NCBI GenBank assembly: GCA_964472605.1
Contig: CAYYLG010000004.1
Coordinates: 1 to 27,567, forward strand
Source of the DNA: an uncultured Candidatus Saccharibacteria bacterium
GTDB taxonomy: Bacteria; Patescibacteriota; Minisyncoccia; Phycocordibacterales; CAIZIN01
Direction of reading: 5' to 3'
DNA: 27,567 nucleotides
Position numbers and translations under genes: made by a program. Below the pieces are notes generated by a model. That model worked only from the letters and a program-made list of their open reading frames with translations. It had not been told where the DNA came from and did no database searches. The first letter of the stretch is position 1; every line of letters begins with the position of its first letter. This document shows, piece by piece, positions 10,155-18,271 of the stretch.

Positions 10155-11393
10155 ATGGCGTCAAAGAAAAAAACCATTAAAAAGTCGGTAAAGAAATTTA
10201 AAAAATCTAAGCCTGTTAAAAAAATAGTAAAAAAACCTACTAAAAAAGTAGTAGCTAAAAAAGCAAAGGTAGTAAAACCAAAAAAAGCATTAAGTCCAGC
10301 AAAAAATAAAAAAGCTCAAGATCAAGATCGTAGAGCAACTAAACTCCTCCACAAAGGTAAGGAGAGAGGTTTCGTTACTTATGACGAAATTCTCCGTGAA
10401 TTCCCAACAATCGAAGAAGATATTACATTCCTTGACGATTTGTATAGCAAACTTCAAACAGCGGGTATAGATATTCTAGAAGGAGGTGGACTCCTCGAGA
10501 TGCAAAGTGATGCTGTAGAGCCAAAGGCTTATAGTTATGGTGGTAGGGGAAGTGACTCATCATATGATTCTATTCAAATGTATCTCCGTGAGATCGGTCA
10601 GTATCCACTTATTCACGCTCATCAGGAAAAGGAGTTAGCAAAGAGAATTCAAGCGGGGGATGAAGAAGCCAAAAATCTTTTAGCCAAGGCTAACTTGCGC
10701 TTGGTTGTTTCTATTGCTAAGAAATATGTAGGAAGATCTCCTGACCTTACACTTCTCGACTTAATTCAAGAAGGTAATCTTGGTCTCTTTAAGGCTGTAG
10801 ATAAATTTGATTGGACCAAGGGATATAAATTCTCTACATACGCTACATGGTGGATTCGTCAGGCTATCACCCGCGCTCTCGCTGATCAGTCACGTACAAT
10901 CCGTGTCCCTGTGCATATGGTGGAAACAATTGCTAAATACAAACAAGTTGTTCGTCGTCTCTCACAAGACCTTGGGCGTGATCCTCTTCCAGAAGAAATC
11001 GCTGTTGAGATGGGACTTGAAGTTGATAAGGTATACATGATTGAAAAGATTGATCAGTCTACCGTATCACTTGAGAGTCCAGTAGGTGAAGATAGTGATG
11101 ATGGTAAATCAGTTCTCGGTGACTTCATTGCTGATGACAAAATCCTTTCTCCAGACCAAGAATCTTCTCGTAGAATCCTTGCCGATCAAGTGAAGGAAAT
11201 TCTCGACGATCTATCAGAAAAGGAGAGAAGAATTCTAGAAATGCGTCATGGATTAATCGATGGTATACAACACACACTAGAAGAAGTAGGAAAGAAGTTT
11301 GGAGTTACTCGTGAACGTATTCGTCAGATTGAAGCCAAGGCTCATGAAAAAATCCGTTCCCACGACAGGTCAAATAGATTGAAGAATTATTAA
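10155..11393 (+). CDS. rpoD: Primary RNA polymerase sigma factor (sigma-70 family) with ~60-aa lysine-rich N-terminal tail
   Basis: Region 1.2 ([11 protein letters not shown]), region 2 ([39 protein letters not shown]), region 3, region 4 HTH ([23 protein letters not shown]); N-terminus [44 protein letters not shown]. Confidence 0.9.
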   Translation: MASKKKTIKKSVKKFKKSKPVKKIVKKPTKKVVAKKAKVVKPKKALSPAKNKKAQDQDRRATKLLHKGKERGFVTYDEILREFPTIEEDITFLDDLYSKLQTAGIDILEGGGLLEMQSDAVEPKAYSYGGRGSDSSYDSIQMYLREIGQYPLIHAHQEKELAKRIQAGDEEAKNLLAKANLRLVVSIAKKYVGRSPDLTLLDLIQEGNLGLFKAVDKFDWTKGYKFSTYATWWIRQAITRALADQSRTIRVPVHMVETIAKYKQVVRRLSQDLGRDPLPEEIAVEMGLEVDKVYMIEKIDQSTVSLESPVGEDSDDGKSVLGDFIADDKILSPDQESSRRILADQVKEILDDLSEKERRILEMRHGLIDGIQHTLEEVGKKFGVTRERIRQIEAKAHEKIRSHDRSNRLKNY

Positions 11394-11403
11394 ATAAAAA
11401 AAG

Positions 11404-11434
11404 AAAGCGCTGGCCCGGAGGTCAGCGCTTTTTG
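11404..11434. terminator. Rho-independent terminator, potentially bidirectional (ends rpoD on + and the 103-aa gene on -)
   Basis: Perfect 9-bp stem AAAGCGCTG/CAGCGCTTT with 10-nt loop followed by TTTTT on + strand and preceded by A-run (T-run on - strand). Confidence 0.75.
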
Positions 11435-11466
11435 AAAGTTTTGCAGAACAGGTCTTTCTCCTGGAA

Positions 11467-11778
11467 TTAATGTGCCGGGGCTGTGAGTCCCTCGAGTGTG
11501 GTGTTGAACAACTGGCGAGCCAGTGCTTCCTTGGTGGCGGAGATTTGCCCGCTGTAGCGAGCACCATCACCGTATCGCAGGACACCAAACATGGTGCCGC
11601 GGAACTCTTTCAGACCGATATACCAACCATTCTCGAACTCGAGAACGAAACCGATACCATTGGTTTCTTGTGGTTTGATGATCGGATCCGAGAGGGCGAG
11701 CATGGACTCGGTGACTTCAGGTGTGTTACCGATACTGATCGTATCAAGCAACCCTTGCAGGATTTGTCGAATGTGCAT
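11467..11778 (-). CDS. Hypothetical 103-aa protein, GC-rich (~52%) relative to flanks
   Basis: ORF on minus strand sits between the bidirectional terminator (downstream) and an AT-rich divergent promoter region shared with the helicase gene; TGATATAAT extended -10 lies ~8 nt upstream of ATG (possible leaderless mRNA). Overlapping plus-strand ORFs have less protein-like composition. Confidence 0.5.
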   Translation of the reverse strand: MHIRQILQGLLDTISIGNTPEVTESMLALSDPIIKPQETNGIGFVLEFENGWYIGLKEFRGTMFGVLRYGDGARYSGQISATKEALARQLFNTTLEGLTAPAH

Positions 11779-11854
11779 AGTTAAATATTATATCATATAT
11801 AGAAACTTAGTCAATTACTAATAAATCATTCTAAAACAATGTAAAATAGATGAA

Positions 11855-14746
11855 ATGACTATTTTTGAGGAAAGATACAAAAGGTTAAATACAGCCCAGA
11901 AGGAGGCGGTTGATACCATTGAGGGACCTGTAATGGTTATAGCAGGCCCTGGGACGGGCAAGACGACGATACTCACACTTCGTATAGCAAACATACTACA
12001 GAAGACTGATACACCAGCTTCTGGGATTTTAGCGATTACCTTTACTGACGCTGGCGTTAAGTCAATGAAGCAGAAGCTACGTGAAGTTATAGGAGGCAGG
12101 GCTGACGAAGTTCGCATTCACACATTCCATGGATTTGCTTCATCAGTTATAAATGAATTCAAAGATCATTTTGTGCATTTGTATGGAACCAAACAAATTA
12201 CAGATATAGAGGCAGAATCATTGGTGAGGAAAATCTTGGCTCAAAAGGATTTTGTGGATTTGCGCCCATTTGGCAATCCAGAATTTTATATTGGACCAAT
12301 ACTAGGTGCTATTCGTGATGCGAAGCGTGAAGCACAATCTCCAGAAATGCTAAGGGATTATGCAAAGCAAGAAATTGAAAATATAAAGAATGATGAATCA
12401 TCTATCTCTACTCGTGGTGCAAGTAAGGGTGAGCTGAAGGCGGATGCAAAGAAAAAGATTGAGAAATGCGAGAAGACAATTCTCTTTGCAAAAGTTTATG
12501 AACTTTATGAAGAAGACAAGAAGAAGCAGAAATGTATAGACTTCGATGATTTGATATTTGAGCTTCTCTTAGCATTTGGCCGTGATGAATTACTACTTCG
12601 CCAGATACAGGAGAAATTTCTCTATATACTAGTAGACGAACATCAGGACACTAACGATGCGCAGAATTTGATTATCAAAATGCTCGCGGACTTTTTTGAT
12701 TCACCAAATATATTTATTGTAGGAGATGAGAAGCAGGCTATCTATAGATTCCAGGGTGCTTCTGTAAATAATTTCCTTAAGCTAAAGAATATGTGGAAGG
12801 ATATGAAGCTTATTTCATTAACTCATAATTATCGTTCCCATCAGTCTATTCTCGATGCTAGTTTTAGTATGATTGAATCAAATTATGCTGATAATGAATT
12901 AAGTGATTTACGCATTAAACTTGAATCAGGATCGGGGGACAAAAGGAGACCGGTTGATCTCGTCCATGCGCCAACTGTGGGGACTGGAGAGAAATATTTG
13001 CTAGATGAAGTTAAAAATATTTTAGGTAAGAAAACTGAGGAGACTATTGCAATAATTTCTAAAAATAATAGAGATATAGAGAGAATCATCAGGCTCTTCG
13101 AGGGGGCGGGAATTCCTGTATCTGCAGAGCGCTCTATAGATATTTTTTCGCATCCAATTGGAAACCTATTTTTCTCACTTATAGAGTTTATCTATGATAA
13201 TTCAAACATCGAGGCATTGGGACATACGATTGCTGGCGGATTGTGGGGGATTGATCTTATGCAAGGAGTTGCAATGCAAAAAGAATTACGAGGTGGAAGG
13301 ATAGAACGGGTTTTGTCGGATCTCACAAATCTGAAGGAGATAAATAAAGAAGTCTTAGAGGATAGCCCAGTTATATTTCTCATGAATATTGCAGTGCTTT
13401 CAGGATTTACGAAGTTGCTTACAAATGATCCCTCTTATGTAGAGATTTACCGAGCAATTCTTGGACTGGCTGCAAATATTGTAAAGAATGGAGATGTTTC
13501 AGATTCAAGGGTTTTACTTGAGAGATTAATTGCTTACAAAACTTCTGCCGAGAATAAAAGTGTCAAAATTCCTATCGGAGTTTCTGATTATCCGGTCAAG
13601 GTTATGACAGCCCACGCTTCAAAAGGTCTTGAATTTGATTATGTATTTGTGCCTTTCGCAAATGAAGAAAGTTGGGGAAGTCGTAGAAGGAATTCTTATT
13701 TTGTAATGCCTGTAGATGGTAGTGTAAGCGAGGATGATGAGGTGAGGGATACGAGGAGACTATTTTATGTGGCCATAACTCGCGCGAAAAAGCATGCGTC
13801 AATAATAATCCCTGATGCGGATGATACAGGTAAAGAACTTATGGAGCTACGATTTGTGGCTGAGCTTGGTGAGAGCGATGTAAGTCATGTGAATATAGAA
13901 AAAGCCGCGATAAATATATTGGAACCAAGAAAGAAAATTGATCAAAAGGCTAAACTGTTGGATTACATAAAATCAACTTTGGATGAAAAAGGACTTTCCG
14001 TTACAGCTCTAAATCATTTCCTCGCATGTCCATCGACATTTATATATAAAAGTATTTTGAAAGTTCCTGAACTTCCGAATCCAAACAGTGAGAAGGGTAA
14101 TGCGATGCACCTCGCGATGGATAGAGTTTGGCATAGTGATATAAAGACAAAGGAATTAATACAGAGAACGATAGAATATACAGTTAAAGAATATATGGAC
14201 CAGTCTATGCTAAAGAAGTTTGAACGGGAGGCCGTAACAGCTGAACTACTTGAAAATGCGCCAAGTGTGGCAGAAAGTCTTGTGCATCATTTTAATACAA
14301 AGGGAGATGTATTTTCAGAGCATTGGGTAGAGGGTGAGTCTGGAGGACTTAAAATTCACGGAAAGCTCGATGCGATAGTTGATACAGGAAATGAGGTTTT
14401 GGTATTTGATTATAAAACTCGATTGAAGATGAGTGAGAATCAGATCAAGGGTTTGGTAAAAGATGATAAAAATATTGGAGGATATTTCAGGCAACTTGTT
14501 TTCTATAGAATGCTTTTACAGGATAATCCAAAGTTCAGAGGGAAACCCATTGTCCCGTCTTTAGTTTTCCTTACTCCAGATAACAAGGGAATATGTCATA
14601 CTGAATCTCTACCAATAAGTAGTGAGGATATAGAGAAAGTTAAATCAGAAATAGAGTCCTTAGTAGAATCAGTAAATACCGGCAAAATCCTCTCCGATAC
14701 CTGTCCTGATCCAAAATGCCCCTGGTGTGGTCTAAAAAGCTTATAA
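11855..14746 (+). CDS. UvrD/PcrA-family SF1 DNA helicase fused to C-terminal Cas4/AddB-type Fe-S PD-(D/E)XK nuclease domain
   Basis: Helicase motifs I (AGPGTGKTT), II (LVDEHQDTN), III (VGDEKQAIYRFQGAS), IV (NYRS), V/VI (VMTAHASKGLEFDYVFV; VAITRAKK). C-terminal ~270 aa: ACPSTF Cys, GNAMHLAMDR, GKLDAIVD, LVFDYKT (D-x-K), QLVFY (QxxxY), CPDPKCPWC (C-x5-C-x2-C). Confidence 0.85.
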   Translation: MTIFEERYKRLNTAQKEAVDTIEGPVMVIAGPGTGKTTILTLRIANILQKTDTPASGILAITFTDAGVKSMKQKLREVIGGRADEVRIHTFHGFASSVINEFKDHFVHLYGTKQITDIEAESLVRKILAQKDFVDLRPFGNPEFYIGPILGAIRDAKREAQSPEMLRDYAKQEIENIKNDESSISTRGASKGELKADAKKKIEKCEKTILFAKVYELYEEDKKKQKCIDFDDLIFELLLAFGRDELLLRQIQEKFLYILVDEHQDTNDAQNLIIKMLADFFDSPNIFIVGDEKQAIYRFQGASVNNFLKLKNMWKDMKLISLTHNYRSHQSILDASFSMIESNYADNELSDLRIKLESGSGDKRRPVDLVHAPTVGTGEKYLLDEVKNILGKKTEETIAIISKNNRDIERIIRLFEGAGIPVSAERSIDIFSHPIGNLFFSLIEFIYDNSNIEALGHTIAGGLWGIDLMQGVAMQKELRGGRIERVLSDLTNLKEINKEVLEDSPVIFLMNIAVLSGFTKLLTNDPSYVEIYRAILGLAANIVKNGDVSDSRVLLERLIAYKTSAENKSVKIPIGVSDYPVKVMTAHASKGLEFDYVFVPFANEESWGSRRRNSYFVMPVDGSVSEDDEVRDTRRLFYVAITRAKKHASIIIPDADDTGKELMELRFVAELGESDVSHVNIEKAAINILEPRKKIDQKAKLLDYIKSTLDEKGLSVTALNHFLACPSTFIYKSILKVPELPNPNSEKGNAMHLAMDRVWHSDIKTKELIQRTIEYTVKEYMDQSMLKKFEREAVTAELLENAPSVAESLVHHFNTKGDVFSEHWVEGESGGLKIHGKLDAIVDTGNEVLVFDYKTRLKMSENQIKGLVKDDKNIGGYFRQLVFYRMLLQDNPKFRGKPIVPSLVFLTPDNKGICHTESLPISSEDIEKVKSEIESLVESVNTGKILSDTCPDPKCPWCGLKSL

Positions 14747-14765
14747 AATAAGGGTTTTCTATCTA

Positions 14766-14795
14766 TTGACTATAGCTTAGTATATGTTGTATAAT
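14766..14795 (+). promoter_or_regulatory. Sigma70-type promoter TTGACT -18 nt- TATAAT driving a ~150-nt structured leader
   Basis: TTGACT at 14766-14771 and TATAAT at 14790-14795; next start codon at 14956. Confidence 0.5.
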
Positions 14796-14834
14796 GTAAA
14801 GTAAATAAGGTTCTTTGAAATGCTCTATGGAGTT

Positions 14835-14900
14835 AGTCATAGCCAATAGATCTTGATATTAAATCGAGATTTGCTAGCTATGACTACTCGCGCAATTGCG
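14835..14900 (+). promoter_or_regulatory. Structured 5' leader: extended imperfect hairpin (outer 9-bp stem AGTCATAGC/GCTATGACT, inner 10-bp stem, loop ATTAA) followed by 10-bp perfect palindrome CGCAATTGCG (14891-14900)
   Basis: Complementarity read directly from sequence; located between putative TSS (~14802) and ATG 14956. Confidence 0.4.
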
Positions 14901-14955
14901 ACTGGTCCCCTGGCACCAACAGGCCATAGTGAGCCTAAACCGAAAGGAATAAATC

Positions 14956-15234
14956 ATGAAAAAAGCAGTGTTTATGTTCGTTATCATAGCCACTTACTTC
15001 ATTAGTATGAACAATGTGTGCGCTGATACGATCTACCTCGGTGCAGAAAAAACCAAGACTTGGTCACAGATCTTGCGCTACGAAGATGGGGAGCTTGCCA
15101 ATCTCCTTACAAAATGGGAGAAAGAAAATCCTACCAAAAGGATTATTTGTGTTACACCCGCACTGAAGAACGGAGACAAAGGATGCTTCTTTACGGGCTA
15201 CCTTGTAACCTTTGAAGAAAAGAGGAAGGAATGA
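14956..15234 (+). CDS. Small secreted protein (Sec signal peptide, ~70-aa mature domain with 2 Cys), unknown function
   Basis: N-terminus MKKAVFMFVIIATYFISMNNVCA|DT: K-rich n-region, hydrophobic core, VCA cleavage motif; stop overlaps next gene start (ATGA). Confidence 0.55.
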   Translation: MKKAVFMFVIIATYFISMNNVCADTIYLGAEKTKTWSQILRYEDGELANLLTKWEKENPTKRIICVTPALKNGDKGCFFTGYLVTFEEKRKE

Positions 15235-15563
15235 AAAAGCTCACCACGACGATCAAAGGAGCGCCCGCGTCACCAGAAGAAGCAGCGATGCTTCATTCGC
15301 TACTGGTTAAAGTGAATGAGGTGTTCATGGCATACTCGCTTAACTGCAAGATGCTAGTCACAGTCGTAGGGATCGAAAGTCTCACGGGAACTCGCGAAGA
15401 GTTTGCAGAGAAAGTTCGTTACTGTAATCGAATGGTAGCGTTCATTACCTTCATCCGCAACGGCGTCCTGGCAGACATTACGTTCTGCAAGGGCAAGGAA
15501 GTGGTGGAGGCAATAGCATTCATGTTCGATGGCGATAGCGGTGGCATGCTCCGCGTCCCGTAA
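15231..15563 (+). CDS. Hypothetical 110-aa cytoplasmic protein, translationally coupled to upstream secreted peptide; GC ~52%
   Basis: ATGA start/stop overlap at 15231-15234; followed by strong terminator; no recognisable motifs. Confidence 0.5.
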   Translation: MKKLTTTIKGAPASPEEAAMLHSLLVKVNEVFMAYSLNCKMLVTVVGIESLTGTREEFAEKVRYCNRMVAFITFIRNGVLADITFCKGKEVVEAIAFMFDGDSGGMLRVP

Positions 15564-15600
15564 AGCAGGCTAAATGCCAAAATGGTGGTATGTCCACCAA

Positions 15601-15641
15601 AAAGCGCCGTGGGGTTTTACCACACGGCGCTTTCTTTTATT
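15601..15641. terminator. Bidirectional rho-independent terminator (ends 14956-15563 operon on + and DsbA-like gene on -)
   Basis: Perfect 11-bp stem AAAGCGCCGTG/CACGGCGCTTT, followed by CTTTTATTTAT on + and preceded by AAAAA (T-run on -). Confidence 0.75.
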
Positions 15642-15650
15642 TATAAAATA

Positions 15651-16346
15651 TTACTCTAGTAGCTTGTCGATAACACTCTTAACTGTTGTGTATGACTGAG
15701 CACCGTTTATTGGCACAGTTGTCTTTGTACCTTTAACAACTATTACACTATAAGGAGTTCCTTCTACACCTGCATCAACACCACTCTGGAATTGTGCATC
15801 AACTTTATCTGCAAACTTTCCGCTACTTAAACATTCATTAAACTTCTTTTCATCCAATCCTATTTCCTTTGCAATTTTTGGGAGTTCTGTTGCATCAAGT
15901 TTATTGTTTGAAGGAGTTATTGCGAAAATCTTGTTGATGTATGACCAGAAAGCATCTTTACCACCAATGTCTGCCGCGCATTCTGTAGCTTCAGCTTCCT
16001 TTCGAGTCTTTGGGTGAATTGAATCTAGTGGGAAATGTCTGTATACCCAAGCAACTTTTCCATCCTTACCATAATCAGCCATGATTTGGTTCATGGTGTT
16101 GTGAAAGGTTTTACAGAATGGACATTCAGTATCTGAATACTCAACAACAATAATTTTGGCGTCAGGGTTACCCATTATATGGTCATCACTTGATACTGGT
16201 TTAATGGTAACTGCGCTACTTGGAACTTTTTTCTGACCAGGGTTTACTGCGCTTCCACCACGAGTCATATATATAGCCCCAGCAATAAGCCCACCCGCTA
16301 CTATGATTGAGAGTGGAATTATTACAGCGTTTTTAAGGTCTTTCAT
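15651..16346 (-). CDS. DsbA/BdbD-like thioredoxin-fold thiol:disulfide oxidoreductase, N-terminal membrane anchor
   Basis: 231 aa; N-terminal TM helix (AVIIPLSIIVAGGLIAGAIY), CPFC active-site CxxC motif in thioredoxin-like context (YSDTECPFCKTFH), WVYRHFPL. Confidence 0.8.
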   Translation of the reverse strand: MKDLKNAVIIPLSIIVAGGLIAGAIYMTRGGSAVNPGQKKVPSSAVTIKPVSSDDHIMGNPDAKIIVVEYSDTECPFCKTFHNTMNQIMADYGKDGKVAWVYRHFPLDSIHPKTRKEAEATECAADIGGKDAFWSYINKIFAITPSNNKLDATELPKIAKEIGLDEKKFNECLSSGKFADKVDAQFQSGVDAGVEGTPYSVIVVKGTKTTVPINGAQSYTTVKSVIDKLLE

Positions 16347-16388
16347 GATTCAATTTAAATTATAATAATATGTGCTAAAGTATATCAT

Positions 16389-17153
16389 ATGCCATTTTGG
16401 GATGCGATAATCTTGGGAATTGTTCAGGGACTTACAGAGTTTATACCAGTATCTTCTACTGGACATCTTATTTTATTTAGAGAGTGGCTAGGGATTAATA
16501 TTAGTTCCGGACTATCTTTTGATGCAGTTTTACAGCTGGCTACAACACTCGCGGTTATACTCTATTTCTGGAAAGATATTTGGGATCTCAAAAACAATTT
16601 AAAAATGATTAAGGTTTTAATCGTTGCAACTATACCCGCAGTAATCTTGGGTCTACTTCTAGAATCAAAGATGGAAACCGTCTTCCGTGATCCGAAGCTC
16701 GTGGCAGTAATGTTAATTATCGGTGCGGGACTCATGTACTTTGCAGAAAAGTTTTCAAATAAAATTACAAATAAAGAAAATGAAGTTGGAATAAAGAAAG
16801 GGTTTATTGTTGGAGTTTTCCAATCATTGGCTCTTATACCAGGTATGTCACGCTCTGGGTCAACTATTTCTGGAGGACTTATTATGGGTCTAAGCAGGGA
16901 AGAAGCGACTAGGTTTAGCTTTATTCTTTCTGTGCCGATTCTTCTTGGAACTGGAGCAAAAAAACTTCTTGAAATTATGCATTCAAATTCGTTCGATGGT
17001 GGTACGCCTCTTTTGTGGGCTTCTGTAACTGCGTTTATTGTGGGTCTCGGTGCTATACATTTCCTTATGAATTATCTTAAGAAAAATACTCTAAATGCTT
17101 TTGTGGTTTATAGGATTGTATTAGCTGTAGCGATTATTTTGTTGTTTATATAA
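16389..17153 (+). CDS. uppP: Undecaprenyl-diphosphatase (BacA/UppP)
   Basis: 254 aa polytopic membrane protein; N-terminal GIVQGLTEFIPVSSTGHLIL and PGMSRSGSTISGGL motifs characteristic of UppP. Confidence 0.85.
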   Translation: MPFWDAIILGIVQGLTEFIPVSSTGHLILFREWLGINISSGLSFDAVLQLATTLAVILYFWKDIWDLKNNLKMIKVLIVATIPAVILGLLLESKMETVFRDPKLVAVMLIIGAGLMYFAEKFSNKITNKENEVGIKKGFIVGVFQSLALIPGMSRSGSTISGGLIMGLSREEATRFSFILSVPILLGTGAKKLLEIMHSNSFDGGTPLLWASVTAFIVGLGAIHFLMNYLKKNTLNAFVVYRIVLAVAIILLFI

Positions 17154-17168
17154 AAACCAGAAGGTATC

Positions 17169-17546
17169 TTATTTGATACTTACTCCCAGTAACCCAGCAA
17201 GAAGTGATATTGCATCACTTTTAAGTTCGTTTGACGCAACACTTGCACCGAATTTTTTAACCATATCCGCTGACATTCTTGAATTACTTGAGGCGGCAAC
17301 AATTGGACCAGTAAAACCCTTTACATTACGGATATAATCCACTACTCCAAATCCTGTTCCATCGGGTAGATTACCGTCACAGATCACACCAGTGATCTCG
17401 TTCGAATGGGTATCAAATAGTCGTTCAGCATCCTTGACCGATACGGCATTAATTAATTCATAGTCTGTGGGCATGAATGCTTTGAATGCACGTCCAATTG
17501 CGACCGCAACAGCAGAGTCATCTTCAACGAGAAGAACTTTTTTCAT
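17169..17546 (-). CDS. Single-domain response regulator (CheY-like receiver, no output domain)
   Basis: 125 aa; MKKVLLVEDD acidic pocket, VICDGNLPDG phospho-acceptor Asp region, conserved T/S and K positions (AASSN...K). Confidence 0.75.
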   Translation of the reverse strand: MKKVLLVEDDSAVAVAIGRAFKAFMPTDYELINAVSVKDAERLFDTHSNEITGVICDGNLPDGTGFGVVDYIRNVKGFTGPIVAASSNSRMSADMVKKFGASVASNELKSDAISLLAGLLGVSIK

Positions 17547-17583
17547 GTGGCTACAATATATATAAAACCAAGCTATGTCAATA

Positions 17584-18177
17584 TTAGAAAGGTAGGGAGA
17601 ATGTTACTGCATTCTTGGATTTTTTTAGCCAGTTTTTGGTATCAAGAGGTATATCTTTTAGTTCACCTTGATCCTTGTATTTAAGAATTTTATTTTCCAG
17701 AGCATAGTCGAAAACTTCTTTAGTAATTTTTACATCCTCAAGACAGTATTTAATTATTTTATCTATTTCACCTGATCTCCACCATTTGATTGCTTCAAGT
17801 CCATGGGCAATTTTATTTTTCCCCAATGTTGCTTCAGCAATATCATCGAGCTTGATACGTCGTCCGAGAGAGTTACGGATTTCCTTTAATAAATCCAAGC
17901 TTTTTATAGTAGAAAGGTCGCCGTGATAGTACTTGTTCAAGAGTGGGATGTCGAAATGGTCACCGTTAAATGTTACGAGCATGTCAGCTTTTTCTAAGAG
18001 TGGCCAAAGTTTAGGTAAATCTTCTACTAGGTAACTTGTGTATTCTTCGGTCTTTGAATCATAAGCACAGACTACAGATATATCGAGTGCAACAGGATCA
18101 TTAGACTCCACTTCATCAAATGTATTTCTGGTTTCAATATCAAATACAACGTAATTCATAGAAGTGTATTCTAGCAT
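17584..18177 (-). CDS. DEDDy-type 3'-5' exonuclease (DnaQ-like/RNase H-like superfamily, YprB/PolB-exo-like)
   Basis: Exo I VVFDIETRN, Exo II FNGDHFDIPLL, Exo III YCLEDVKITKEVFDY (Y-x3-D). Start set at ATG 18177 (or 18159); ORF-track N-terminal extension to 18234 (TTG) runs through the upstream gene's terminator hairpin and is rejected. Confidence 0.65.
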   Translation of the reverse strand: MLEYTSMNYVVFDIETRNTFDEVESNDPVALDISVVCAYDSKTEEYTSYLVEDLPKLWPLLEKADMLVTFNGDHFDIPLLNKYYHGDLSTIKSLDLLKEIRNSLGRRIKLDDIAEATLGKNKIAHGLEAIKWWRSGEIDKIIKYCLEDVKITKEVFDYALENKILKYKDQGELKDIPLDTKNWLKKSKNAVTFSLPF

Positions 18178-18182
18178 GTGAT

Positions 18183-18223
18183 TTTTATAAAAAGAAAACC
18201 CGTCGACGTGTGAGGTCGACGGG
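18183..18223 (-). terminator. Rho-independent terminator (minus strand) after the 180-aa gene
   Basis: Perfect 9-bp stem CCCGTCGAC/GTCGACGGG with 7-nt loop, followed on minus strand by TTTTCTTTTTAT. Confidence 0.7.
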
Positions 18224-18271
18224 TCCAGATTCAACTGGTATTCATAGGGTTTGTGCTGGCGCCTGCGCTAG

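Noticed and set aside
11470-11821. Plus-strand ORFs 11470-11784 (104 aa) and 11591-11821 (76 aa) overlapping the minus-strand 103-aa gene
   Set aside because: They begin ~35 nt after a terminator with no promoter and run into the helicase promoter region. Their composition (many Cys/Gly/Arg) is not protein-like. The minus-strand frame fits the promoter/terminator layout better. Assignment of the true strand remains only moderately confident.
17584-18234. ORF-track N-terminal extension of the exonuclease back to a TTG at 18234
   Set aside because: The extension translates straight through the perfect 9-bp stem/T-run terminator of the upstream gene (18183-18223) and starts with TTG. The conserved Exo I motif begins right after the internal ATGs at 18177 and 18159.
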